Shown here in pieces: positions 18,108-26,502 of a DNA stretch of 64,000 bases. Under the pieces are notes generated by a model. It ran no database searches. It saw only the letters and a list, made by a program, of their open reading frames with translations, and had not been told where the DNA came from. The stretch spans positions 28,972 through 92,971 of the forward strand of contig UQHT01000004.1 of NCBI GenBank assembly GCA_900540875.1. Direction: 5' to 3'. The first letter of the stretch is position 1, and every line of letters begins with the position of its first letter. This DNA comes from an uncultured Collinsella sp. (lineage in GTDB: Bacteria > Actinomycetota > Coriobacteriia > Coriobacteriales > Coriobacteriaceae). A program made the position numbers and the translations under genes.

Positions 18108-19625
18108 TTGGCGTTCTATCTGGGTATTGATATTGGGGCAAGCGCCTCTAAAGGCGTTTTAATCGACGATCGATGCAACATTGTTTGCCAAGCCTCTTGT
18201 GGACATGAGACGGACAACCCGCGTGATGGATGGTATCAGCATGATGCGGAGGCAGTTTGGTGGGGCGATTTTTGCCGCTTGTCGCGCGAGCTGGTGGTGC
18301 GATCGGGGGTTAACGCGGCGCAGATTGGATGCGTGGGCCTTTCCGCATTGGGTTGCGACTGCGTGCCGGTCGATACCGAGTGCAACGCGCTGGCGCCCGC
18401 GATTTTGTATGGAGTCGATGCACGTTCGAAGCCGCAGATTGACGAGCTTCTTTCCGAATATGGGTCAGATCGCGCACGCGAGCTTTTCGGGCACGATCCC
18501 TGTTCGTCAGATATTGCTCCCAAGATCTTGTGGTTTAAGGAGAATATGCCCGAGGTGCACGAACGTGCCGCGAAGTTCCTGACGGTGTCATCGTTTGTAT
18601 GCGCAAAGTTGACGGGGCGTTTTACGGTGGACCGTTATTTGGCGGAGGATTTTCTTCCCCTATATGACCGCCACACTTGGAAGGTTGATGCTCGGGAATG
18701 TGCTCGTTTCTGCCAGCCTGACCAGATGGCGGAGGTCATGTCGGCTACCGATATTGCCGGGGTGATTACGCAGCGTGCGGCTGAGGCGACAGGGCTCGCG
18801 GCAGGGACACCTGTCTTAGTGGGAACGGGCGACTCTGGTGCCGAGGCCATTTCGACGGGTGTCTTCCGTCCCGGCGATATGATGGTTCAGTTGGGGAGCA
18901 CGGCGTATTTCATCTACCTAGCTGATCATATGGTCGATGATGCCCGCCTGTGGCCAGGGACGTTTATCATTCCCGGAACTTACGGGATCTGCGCGGGGAC
19001 CAATACGGCGGGTGCGCTCACATCGTGGCTGCGCCAAGAGCTGTATCGCGACGCCGTGGAGGCCGAGGGCCACGGTGGCCCCGATGCATATTCGGTTATG
19101 GCGCATGATGCCGCCGATGTGGCGCCGGGTGCCGATGGGCTCCTGTGTCTGCCGTACTTTGCGGGTGAGCGTACTCCGCTCAACGATCCCGAGGCGCGTG
19201 GCGTCTTCTTTGGCCTGACCGGAAGGCATACGCGAGCCCATATGGTTCGCGCCGCCTTGGAAGGCGTCGCGCATACCGTTGCGTCCCATGTCGACATTAT
19301 CGAGCGAGAACATGGACTGCCGATTGGGCGCATTATGCTTGTCGGAGGTGGAACCAAGAATCCAGTTTGGATGCAAGTTATCGCCGATGTATGCGGGCGC
19401 GAGGTCTCGGTTGCCAAGGTTACGGTGGATTCATGCTTCGGTGATGCCATCATGGCGGCTCTCGCAGGTGGCGCCTATGCATCATGGGATGAGCTCGCCC
19501 AAGTCCTTGGCGTTGCGCAAACAATCGTGCCCGATATGGCTGCCCACGAGTTATATACGTCGCGTCGTCATATTTTCGATGAACTGTATGCGCGTAACTG
19601 CGATCTTGTGCATGAACTGGCGTAG
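18108..19625 (+). CDS. FGGY-family carbohydrate kinase (xylulokinase/glycerol-kinase-like)
   Basis: LGIDIGASASKGVLID N-terminal FGGY motif. 505 aa. Confidence 0.8.
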   Translation: MAFYLGIDIGASASKGVLIDDRCNIVCQASCGHETDNPRDGWYQHDAEAVWWGDFCRLSRELVVRSGVNAAQIGCVGLSALGCDCVPVDTECNALAPAILYGVDARSKPQIDELLSEYGSDRARELFGHDPCSSDIAPKILWFKENMPEVHERAAKFLTVSSFVCAKLTGRFTVDRYLAEDFLPLYDRHTWKVDARECARFCQPDQMAEVMSATDIAGVITQRAAEATGLAAGTPVLVGTGDSGAEAISTGVFRPGDMMVQLGSTAYFIYLADHMVDDARLWPGTFIIPGTYGICAGTNTAGALTSWLRQELYRDAVEAEGHGGPDAYSVMAHDAADVAPGADGLLCLPYFAGERTPLNDPEARGVFFGLTGRHTRAHMVRAALEGVAHTVASHVDIIEREHGLPIGRIMLVGGGTKNPVWMQVIADVCGREVSVAKVTVDSCFGDAIMAALAGGAYASWDELAQVLGVAQTIVPDMAAHELYTSRRHIFDELYARNCDLVHELA

Positions 19626-19771
19626 TTTTACAGAACTGGTATTCGATACTGCTCGGGTACAGGAGGATTCAGTAATTTGTGGAGTACGAGGCGCGTGTTC
19701 CGCGCTTCCTTGTGACTCGGTGGGCAAAAAATGCCAAATATGAGTACTGTCACTATTTTAGTAACAGCAAA

Positions 19772-19827
19772 AACAAGCCTTCGAGGCTCTAGTTGAGCGC
19801 CCGGGGGCGATTAAAGCTTGTTTTTTA
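19772..19827 (+). terminator. Intrinsic terminator after FGGY kinase operon
   Basis: Stem AACAAGC/GCTTGTT with a long loop, followed by TTTTTT. Confidence 0.5.
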
Positions 19828-19844
19828 CGGCTTAAGACATGCTA

Positions 19845-19890
19845 AAACACCCCGTTAATGAACGCCTGTGCATTAACGGGGTGTTGTTTA
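19845..19890. terminator. Strong palindromic hairpin (bidirectional terminator candidate) between convergent operons
   Basis: AAACACCCCGTTAATG...CATTAACGGGGTGTTGTTT. Perfect 15-bp stem with T-rich and A-rich flanks. Confidence 0.55.
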
Positions 19891-19954
19891 GTCGCTAAAT
19901 AATGTGACTAGCTTTGCAACAGTACTCACATTTGGTGTTTTTTGCCCACCGGGG

Positions 19955-20737
19955 TCAGCGGAAGTCAAATATGAAGCGCGAATTTTCCAAAACGATCGAT
20001 TCGGCGCTCTCCACGACGCAGTTTTTAAGTTCGGCGATGTGCAGGGAGGCGCTTTTAAGCGATGTGATGAGCTGTCGCGCGCTTGCATCTGCTTGCGGTT
20101 CGGCTGGAGCGTCGGTTTCGAGCAGCAGACGGTCGAGTGGGATCTGTCGGGCGTATTCACGACCACGCTTGGTAGCGAGCATCCGCTCGTTCACGGAAAA
20201 ATAGCAGCCTGCGTTTCGCGCGTGGACGAACTCGTTCGAGGTGCCGCTAAACCAGTGGAAGATGATGGCGGGGGAGTTGGGGCTTGGGGTGAGTAATCCA
20301 TATGACTCAAGGGCATCCAGTACGGTTCCTGCCGAACGAACGGCGTGAATTGATATCGCGCGCCCGGTAAGAGGATGCTGCACGAGTGTATCGCAGAGCC
20401 GGTCAAGTGCCTGTGTTTGCAGCGGCTCGCTTCCGGCAAAGCGCGCGGAAAAGTCGAGTCCCACCTCGCCGATGTAGCGCTCTTGGGCCGCAGCTTCGCA
20501 AAGCAGATTGACTTCGGCGGGACCACAGCGGCCGTCGACGAGCCACCAGGGATGGAGGCCGACGCCCGCGATAATGTTTGGGTAGCGGCTGGCACGCTTT
20601 TTTGCTGCCGCGAAGTCGCGTGGGTCGACCCCGCAATCAAAGACCCCCAGCCCTGTAGCCGCAGTTTCGTCGGCAACAGCATTCGGGTAAGCCATTAAAT
20701 CAAGATGGCAGTGTGCGTCAATTAACCGGGGTTCCAT
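19955..20737 (-). CDS. TatD-family metal-dependent hydrolase/DNase
   Basis: DAHCHLD N-terminal motif and TatD-like length (260 aa). Confidence 0.85.
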   Translation of the reverse strand: MEPRLIDAHCHLDLMAYPNAVADETAATGLGVFDCGVDPRDFAAAKKRASRYPNIIAGVGLHPWWLVDGRCGPAEVNLLCEAAAQERYIGEVGLDFSARFAGSEPLQTQALDRLCDTLVQHPLTGRAISIHAVRSAGTVLDALESYGLLTPSPNSPAIIFHWFSGTSNEFVHARNAGCYFSVNERMLATKRGREYARQIPLDRLLLETDAPAEPQADASARQLITSLKSASLHIAELKNCVVESAESIVLENSRFIFDFR

Positions 20738-20751
20738 CGCGGTGCGCCTCG

Positions 20752-21549
20752 CTAGTCCAAGCGCTGGCCGTCAGCACGCACGCGCTCAGCGCCGCGCCCA
20801 CTGATCTGGCGAATGACCTCGCCGGCAATCATCTGACCCATGATGGGCGGCATATAACTGGCGGTTCCGAGCTCGGTACGCTCGTGGATGTTGGAGGGGT
20901 CACGGCGCTGGGTCTTGACCGACTCCTCGCAGCTAAACAGTACATGAAGACTTTTGATGCCGCGCTTCTTGCACTCTTTGCGCATGATGCGGCTCATGGG
21001 ATCGCGGACCGTTTCGAAAATGTCGGCAAAGCGCAGGCACTCGGGATGCAGCTTGTTGCCGCCGCCCATGGAGCTAACCAAACGAATGTCGTGGTCCTGA
21101 GCATATTTGGCAACGGCGAGCTTGGCGGAGATGGTGTCAATGGCGTCGATGACGTAGTCGATCTTGCCACCTGTCTGCTCAAAAACGCTCGCGAAGAATT
21201 CGTCGATGTTATCGTTCAACAGATATTCAGTGCGTTTGATAACGGTGGCGGCTGGATTGATGTCGTGGATCATGGCTTCCATCACGTCCACCTTGCGCTT
21301 GCCGATGGTGCTGTGAAAGGCGATGGCCTGGCGGTTAATGTTGCTGGGCGCGATGATGTCTTTATCCAGAATTACGAAATGGCCAATGCCGCCGCGGGCA
21401 AGTGCCTCGCAGCAATTGGAGCCCACGCCACCGCAGCCGAGTACCAGCACCGTGGCGTCAGCGAGCCTGTCGAGTGCCTCGCGGCCCATGATGATCTCGA
21501 GCTTGGTGTCGCGCGTCTCGATGGGTGAAGCGGCTACGGTTTCGGTCAT
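20752..21549 (-). CDS. tcdA: tRNA threonylcarbamoyladenosine dehydratase (ThiF/MoeB E1-like, TcdA/CsdL)
   Basis: LVLGCGGVGSN Rossmann motif and a ThiF-family pattern. GGAGG 6 nt before the second ATG (MTETV). Confidence 0.75.
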   Translation of the reverse strand: MTETVAASPIETRDTKLEIIMGREALDRLADATVLVLGCGGVGSNCCEALARGGIGHFVILDKDIIAPSNINRQAIAFHSTIGKRKVDVMEAMIHDINPAATVIKRTEYLLNDNIDEFFASVFEQTGGKIDYVIDAIDTISAKLAVAKYAQDHDIRLVSSMGGGNKLHPECLRFADIFETVRDPMSRIMRKECKKRGIKSLHVLFSCEESVKTQRRDPSNIHERTELGTASYMPPIMGQMIAGEVIRQISGRGAERVRADGQRLD

Positions 21550-21755
21550 AAACATCCTCCGATGGGGAAGCGGTCGTGTTTTAGCTATCGCCATTATAGG
21601 TATTATCGCGATTCCATCTAAGCCCTAGGGGCTTGTTGAAATGAGATCGGGATTCGCATAAGATGAAGCAGATGGCACCCGTTGCCGCGGGCTAGCCAAC
21701 TCCGAAACACGTTTATGGCGTGAGAAGTGGCCGTCTTCGCATTACGCGGGGGCGG

Positions 21756-21842
21756 CTATTTCATTCGACCTCCCATGTGGATGCCGAGCTCCACAGCCGC
21801 GATTACAAGCAATAACAACGCTAGGACATCGTCAATACTCAT
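21756..21842 (-). CDS. Candidate small hydrophobic peptide (28 aa)
   Basis: AAGGAG 7 nt upstream of the ATG. MSIDDVLALLLLVIAAVELGIHMGGRMK has a single predicted TM helix. It is divergent from the ArsR/SdpI pair. No homology support. Confidence 0.25.
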   Translation of the reverse strand: MSIDDVLALLLLVIAAVELGIHMGGRMK

Positions 21843-21928
21843 AGTCCATCTCCTTCTTGGGAAGAGGGAGCTGGACTATCTGCTTCTGCGCCCATTCTAT
21901 CTAAAAACGAACGCGCGTTCTATGCTTA

Positions 21929-21952
21929 TTGTCTAATTGAATAGTTAGACAA
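21929..21952. promoter_or_regulatory. Palindromic operator candidate upstream of the ArsR-family gene
   Basis: TTGTCTAA-TTGAATAG-TTAGACAA: 8-bp inverted arms with an 8-bp spacer, 57 nt upstream of the start. This is typical geometry for ArsR/SmtB autoregulatory operators. Confidence 0.35.
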
Positions 21953-22008
21953 ACATCTAAATATAGAGTATAGTGTGCGCGTCGAACGAAATACTGAGAG
22001 GAGGCTCT

Positions 22009-22287
22009 ATGCCGGGAGAGGGTTTTAAGGCGCTGGCCGATCCTACACGACGGCACATTTTGGAACTGCTGCGCGAGGGCAATTGTACTGCCGGGGAACT
22101 TGCCGAGCATTTTGACATGAGCAAGCCGTCGCTCAGCCATCATTTGGCGACGCTCAAAAACGCCGGGTTGGTGACCGACGAACGCCATGGTCAAAACATC
22201 GTATACAGCTTAAACACCACCGTCATGCAGGACTTGATCGGCTGGTTTATGGGCTTTACAGACACCGAAGGAGATAAGGATGAATAA
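22009..22287 (+). CDS. ArsR/SmtB-family transcriptional regulator (SdpR-like)
   Basis: LADPTRRHILELL..ELAEHFDMSKPSLSHHL winged-HTH signature. AGGAGG RBS. Confidence 0.8.
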   Translation: MPGEGFKALADPTRRHILELLREGNCTAGELAEHFDMSKPSLSHHLATLKNAGLVTDERHGQNIVYSLNTTVMQDLIGWFMGFTDTEGDKDE

Positions 22288-22984
22288 CGAAAACAAGGGC
22301 ATTCACGCCACGGGGGTATCGCCACGCGTGTGGATTGTGCTGGTCGCTCTGTGCGTCGCCAACGTCGCAGCGCACCTTATGGTGATGCCGAGCCTGCCGG
22401 CGCAGATTCCCACGCACTGGGGAGCGAGCGGCGCCGTTAACGGTTGGGGTCCCAGCTGGATGGCATCGGCGCTCGGCGCGTTGCCGCTGGTGTTGCTCGC
22501 GATGTTCTACGTGTTGCCACGCATTGACCCCAAGGGCGAGGCGTATCGGACCTCGGGCAAGTTCTACCAGAGTTTCGTAATTGCTTTCACGGTATTCATG
22601 TGTGTTATAAGCTGGCTGGGAGAGCTTACGGTGTGGGGCGTTGTGCCCGCGGTCGGAACGGTCAACGTGCTGACTTCCGGTGCTGTCGGTTTGCTGCTCA
22701 TCGGCGTAGGCAACTACCTGCCGCGCGTGAAGCAAAACTACACGCTGGGCATCAAGACGCCCTGGGCGCTTGCCGATCCCGAGAACTGGCGCCGTACGCA
22801 GCGTTTTGGCGGCGCCTGTCTTATGGTGCTGGGTGTTGGCCTGATTGTGATGGGCGTGGCGGGAAGCGTGCTTTCGAGTGAAGTCGTCGCCGCGGTGATA
22901 GCGGTTCTGGCGCTTGGTTCGGCCGGAGCTGCCTATGTCTACTCGTATCTGCTGTGGCGCAAATCGCAGCGAGCCGCTCGTTAA
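22280..22984 (+). CDS. SdpI/YhfL-family membrane protein (DUF1648 + SdpI domain)
   Basis: Six predicted TM helices. IPTHWGASGAVNGWG matches the DUF1648/SdpI signature. It overlaps the ArsR gene end by 8 nt, so the two are an operon. Confidence 0.7.
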   Translation: MNNENKGIHATGVSPRVWIVLVALCVANVAAHLMVMPSLPAQIPTHWGASGAVNGWGPSWMASALGALPLVLLAMFYVLPRIDPKGEAYRTSGKFYQSFVIAFTVFMCVISWLGELTVWGVVPAVGTVNVLTSGAVGLLLIGVGNYLPRVKQNYTLGIKTPWALADPENWRRTQRFGGACLMVLGVGLIVMGVAGSVLSSEVVAAVIAVLALGSAGAAYVYSYLLWRKSQRAAR

Positions 22985-23048
22985 GGTTGCGGAAAACTAG
23001 CGTACGCAGTTCATAGTATGTTCTGGGGGACTTTTCCCAGGTAGTATT

Positions 23049-23077
23049 AGGGGCGTGGGCAACCATGCCCCTTTTTC
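23049..23077 (+). terminator. Intrinsic terminator after SdpI-like gene
   Basis: AGGGGCGTGGGCAACCATGCCCCT followed by TTTTTCG. Confidence 0.6.
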
Positions 23078-23167
23078 GTTAAGTTTCAGAGCTGGTTTCC
23101 TCATTTCGTTTCCACTAAAACGAAACAAGAATAGGGAAACAGCGGGTAGAAAGGATAAAACAGGCAA

Positions 23168-24847
23168 ATGGCAGAGTTTATCTACCAGATGTATCAGGCT
23201 CGCAAGGCCCATGGCGACAAGGTGATCCTTGACGACGTGACCCTGAGCTTCTATCCCGGTGCCAAGATCGGCGTCGTGGGCCCCAACGGCATGGGCAAGT
23301 CGACCCTGCTCAAGATCATGGCCGGTATCGAGGAGGTCTCCAACGGCGATGCCAGGCTTACCCCTGGCTATACCGTGGGCATCCTGCAGCAGGAGCCGCC
23401 GCTCGACGACGACAAGACCGTCATCGAGAACGTGCGCATGGCGTTTGGCGACATGATCGCCAAAGTCGATCGCTTCAATAAGATCGGCGAGGAGATGTGC
23501 GACCCGGATTGCGACATGGACGCCCTCATGGCCGAGATGGGCAAGCTCCAGGACGAGATCGACGCCGCCGACGGCTGGGATATCGATTCCAAGCTCGGCC
23601 AGGCCATGGACGCCCTGCAGCTGCCCGATTCCGACATGCCGGTCAACGTGCTTTCCGGCGGCGAGCGCCGTCGCGTGGCCCTGTGCAAGCTGCTGCTCGA
23701 GGCTCCCGACCTGCTGCTGCTCGACGAGCCTACCAACCACCTGGACGCCGAGTCGATCCTGTGGCTCGAGCACTTCCTGCATAACTACCAGGGCGCCGTG
23801 CTTGCCGTCACGCACGATCGCTACTTCTTGGATAACGTTGCCGAGTGGATCTGCGAGGTCGACCGTGGTCACCTTTATCCCTACAAGGGCAACTACTCCA
23901 CGTATCTGGAGACCAAGGCCGCGCGTATCGAGGCACAGGGCAACCGCGACGCCAAGCTCGCCAAGCGCATGGAGGCCGAGCTCGAGTGGGTGCGCAGCTC
24001 GCCCAAGGCCCGTCAGGCCAAGAACAAAGCCCGTCTGGCTCGCTACGAGGAGATGGAGGCCGAGGCCCGCGCAAGCCAGAAACTCGACTGGACCGACATC
24101 CGCATCCCTGTGGGCCCGCGTCTGGGTAACAAGGTACTCGAGGCCCATCACCTGCACAAGGAGTTCGATGGCCGCGTGCTCATCGATGACCTTTCGTTCA
24201 CCCTGCCGCGCAACGGCATCGTGGGCGTCATCGGCCCCAACGGCGTGGGCAAGACTACGCTCTTCAAGACCATCGTGGGCCTGGAGCCGCTGACTTCGGG
24301 CGAGCTCGAGGTGGGCGAGACCGTCAAGATCTCCTATGTCGACCAGAACCGTTCCGGCATCGACCCCGATAAGAACCTATGGGAGGTCGTCTCGGACGGC
24401 CTGGACCACATGATGGTCGGTGAGACCGAGGTTCCGAGCCGCGCGTACGTGGCGAGCTTTGGCTTTAAGGGCCAGGACCAGCAGAAGCGCGCTGGCGTAC
24501 TCTCCGGTGGCGAGCGCAACCGTCTGAACTTGGCGCTTACGCTCAAGCAGGGCGGCAACCTGCTGCTCCTCGACGAGCCCACGAACGACCTCGATGTCGA
24601 GACGCTGTCCTCGCTCGAGGCGGCGCTGCTCGAGTTCCCGGGCTGCTCGGTGGTCATTAGCCACGACCGTATGTTCCTTGACCGCGTCGCCACGCACATT
24701 CTGGCGTGGGAGGGCACCGACGAGAATCCGGGCAACTGGTATTGGTTCGAGGGTAACTTTGAGGCCTACCAGGCCAACCGTATCGAGCGTCTGGGCGAGG
24801 ACGCAGCTCAGCCGCATCGTATTCACCGCAAGCTGACGCGCGACTAG
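23168..24847 (+). CDS. ettA: ABC-F ATPase EttA (energy-dependent translational throttle)
   Basis: Two ABC ATPase domains with no TM domain. Its 559 aa and N-terminal MAEFIYQMY...VGPNGMGKST are characteristic of EttA. The antisense ORF 22997..24157 is spurious. Confidence 0.9.
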   Translation: MAEFIYQMYQARKAHGDKVILDDVTLSFYPGAKIGVVGPNGMGKSTLLKIMAGIEEVSNGDARLTPGYTVGILQQEPPLDDDKTVIENVRMAFGDMIAKVDRFNKIGEEMCDPDCDMDALMAEMGKLQDEIDAADGWDIDSKLGQAMDALQLPDSDMPVNVLSGGERRRVALCKLLLEAPDLLLLDEPTNHLDAESILWLEHFLHNYQGAVLAVTHDRYFLDNVAEWICEVDRGHLYPYKGNYSTYLETKAARIEAQGNRDAKLAKRMEAELEWVRSSPKARQAKNKARLARYEEMEAEARASQKLDWTDIRIPVGPRLGNKVLEAHHLHKEFDGRVLIDDLSFTLPRNGIVGVIGPNGVGKTTLFKTIVGLEPLTSGELEVGETVKISYVDQNRSGIDPDKNLWEVVSDGLDHMMVGETEVPSRAYVASFGFKGQDQQKRAGVLSGGERNRLNLALTLKQGGNLLLLDEPTNDLDVETLSSLEAALLEFPGCSVVISHDRMFLDRVATHILAWEGTDENPGNWYWFEGNFEAYQANRIERLGEDAAQPHRIHRKLTRD

Positions 24848-24850
24848 ATC

Positions 24851-25000
24851 GTTACGCGGTTTTCCAAACCGCGTAACTGCTCGACGCTGCGCGGGCCGCA
24901 AGCGCCCCATCTTGCCGTTCAGGCCGTCGCTCGCGTACCGAAGTACGCGTCGCTCCTCTTTCACGGCAACCTGGGGCACTTGCGGCCCGCTCGCTGTTGG
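24851..25000 (+). repeat. Structured extragenic repeat family A, copy 1 (3' of ettA)
   Basis: Begins 4 nt after the ettA stop with the perfect hairpin GTTACGCGGTTTTCCAAACCGCGTAAC, followed by GCTCGACGCTGC. It has the internal long-range helix GCGGGCCGCAAGCGCCCC / GGGGCACTTGCGGCCCGC and the GCGTACCGAAGTACGC hairpin. It is homologous to copies at 39086..39232 and 60259..60415. Confidence 0.65.
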
Positions 25001-25060
25001 TTATGCAACATCAACAAATAAAACGGCTCAAATCCAAATCAGGATTTGAGCCGTTTGTCG

Positions 25061-26362
25061 TTACTGCTCGGGTTCTTCGACCTTGTCGATGGCCCAGGTG
25101 GCTCCGAGACCGCCGGTGGTGTTGCGTCTGATGCGCACGGTGACTTCGTGGCGCTTGCCGGCCTGCGTGTAGCGCAGGGGGGAGCTTGCGCGGTTTCGCG
25201 CGGCCTCGATGGTACCGCGCTCGCGGGCGATCCAGTAGTACTCGCCGACGATGCCGAGCGTGTCGGCGCCGTAGGGGAGATAGGTCGACAACTGGTGTAG
25301 CAATGGGCCGGGGCAGAAGACCTCGGTTGCGAAATCGACGGGGAAGTCCTCGGGGATGGCGGGCGCTACGGGTGTGGGGGCCGGTGCTGCAGCGGGGGCC
25401 GGAGCCGCTGCAGGCACAGGAATCTGGTCATAGACAGGTGCGGATGTGGACTCGATGACGGGTGCAGACTCAGGCACCGGTTCCGGCTTAACTGCGGAAT
25501 CTGTCGGTTCCACGGAGACGGATGTGTCTTCAGTCTCGGTTTTTGCATCGGCTTGCGGAGTGTCCTCTGCCTCGACAGACGGCTTTGCCTCGATGGGCGT
25601 GGAGGCCATGGTGGTGATGCCGGCGTTGGCGTTCTCGGGGTCATAGACGACCGTGAGCGAGATGGCAGGCTGCGGCGCCTCGGGCTCCGGCGTCGGCTCG
25701 GTAGCGTCTTGATCGTCGGGCTCGTCGGGCTGATCGTCTTCGGCCTCGTCGCCAAAGACATCGCTGTTTTGGAACGCAGGCGTCTCGGATTGGTTAGCGG
25801 CTTCTTCGGCTGTCGACTTGGGGGCCTTGTTGAGCTCCGCAGTGGCTTCCTGCTCGGATATGACTTCGGGATCGGTCGTGGCGGCGATTTCGGTTTCGGC
25901 CTCTGCTGTTACTCCAATAGCGACTTCGATCTCTGTCTCGGGCTCCGGCACGGCTCCAACCATGGCTTCGGGCTCGGGACGCTTAACGTGCTTGGGGCGC
26001 ACGGCCTTCAGGTCCTTCTTGCCGCGCTTTTTCTTTTTGTAGGACTGCTTGGCGCCCTTGGCGGTCTTGGGCTTGTCCTCGCCCGTGGCAAGTGCGGCAT
26101 CCCAGGCCTCGTTGGCGATGACGGTGGCATACAGGCGGCCGCCTTTGAAGACGGTCAGCTTAATGCAGTCGTTAAGCTCCTCGAGCAGCTCGCGCGTGGA
26201 CTCAAAGCCTAGGTCATAAGCAGTCATGTCGTCTGCGGCGAGCGCCTCCTCGACCTGTGTCATAAATGTTTGCTTGCCGCATCCAATTGCATCGCGCAGC
26301 AGGCGATACAGATAGATGTGGTTGCCCAGCGCAAGCGTGGGCCTAACTATTGTCTTGCTCAT
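25061..26362 (-). CDS. Hypothetical protein with conserved N- and C-terminal domains separated by a long acidic/Pro-rich disordered linker
   Basis: AGGAGA RBS 6 nt before the ATG at 26362. There is a lysine-rich stretch (KKKKRGKK) then about 200 aa of E/D/P/T-rich low complexity. The C-terminal domain FCPGPLLHQLSTYLPYGADTLGIVGEYYWIA was not recognised. Confidence 0.55.
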   Translation of the reverse strand: MSKTIVRPTLALGNHIYLYRLLRDAIGCGKQTFMTQVEEALAADDMTAYDLGFESTRELLEELNDCIKLTVFKGGRLYATVIANEAWDAALATGEDKPKTAKGAKQSYKKKKRGKKDLKAVRPKHVKRPEPEAMVGAVPEPETEIEVAIGVTAEAETEIAATTDPEVISEQEATAELNKAPKSTAEEAANQSETPAFQNSDVFGDEAEDDQPDEPDDQDATEPTPEPEAPQPAISLTVVYDPENANAGITTMASTPIEAKPSVEAEDTPQADAKTETEDTSVSVEPTDSAVKPEPVPESAPVIESTSAPVYDQIPVPAAAPAPAAAPAPTPVAPAIPEDFPVDFATEVFCPGPLLHQLSTYLPYGADTLGIVGEYYWIARERGTIEAARNRASSPLRYTQAGKRHEVTVRIRRNTTGGLGATWAIDKVEEPEQ

Positions 26363-26502
26363 GGCAAATCTCCTCTTTACATATGTAAAGCATCTTACCA
26401 TCGCAGAGCGTTCGCCATGGCGGCGCCCAAGGCAAACGGGCGCGAACCGCTGTCGATTCGCGCCCGTTATACAGGTCGGTTATCTATGAGAGGCAAATGT
26501 GC

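Noticed and set aside
19626-19954. 330-bp lower-GC intergenic region, a possible tRNA or sRNA
   Set aside because: I could not find a cloverleaf (no GTTC-loop/CCA context). It is explained by two convergent terminators (19772..19827 and 19845..19890).
21727-21936. 69-aa plus-strand ORF in the tcdA/arsR intergenic region
   Set aside because: No RBS. It overlaps the better-supported 28-aa minus-strand peptide ORF and the operator palindrome.
22997-24157. 386-aa minus-strand ORF
   Set aside because: Entirely antisense to ettA. The product is Gly/Arg/Val-rich low complexity, typical of high-GC shadow frames.
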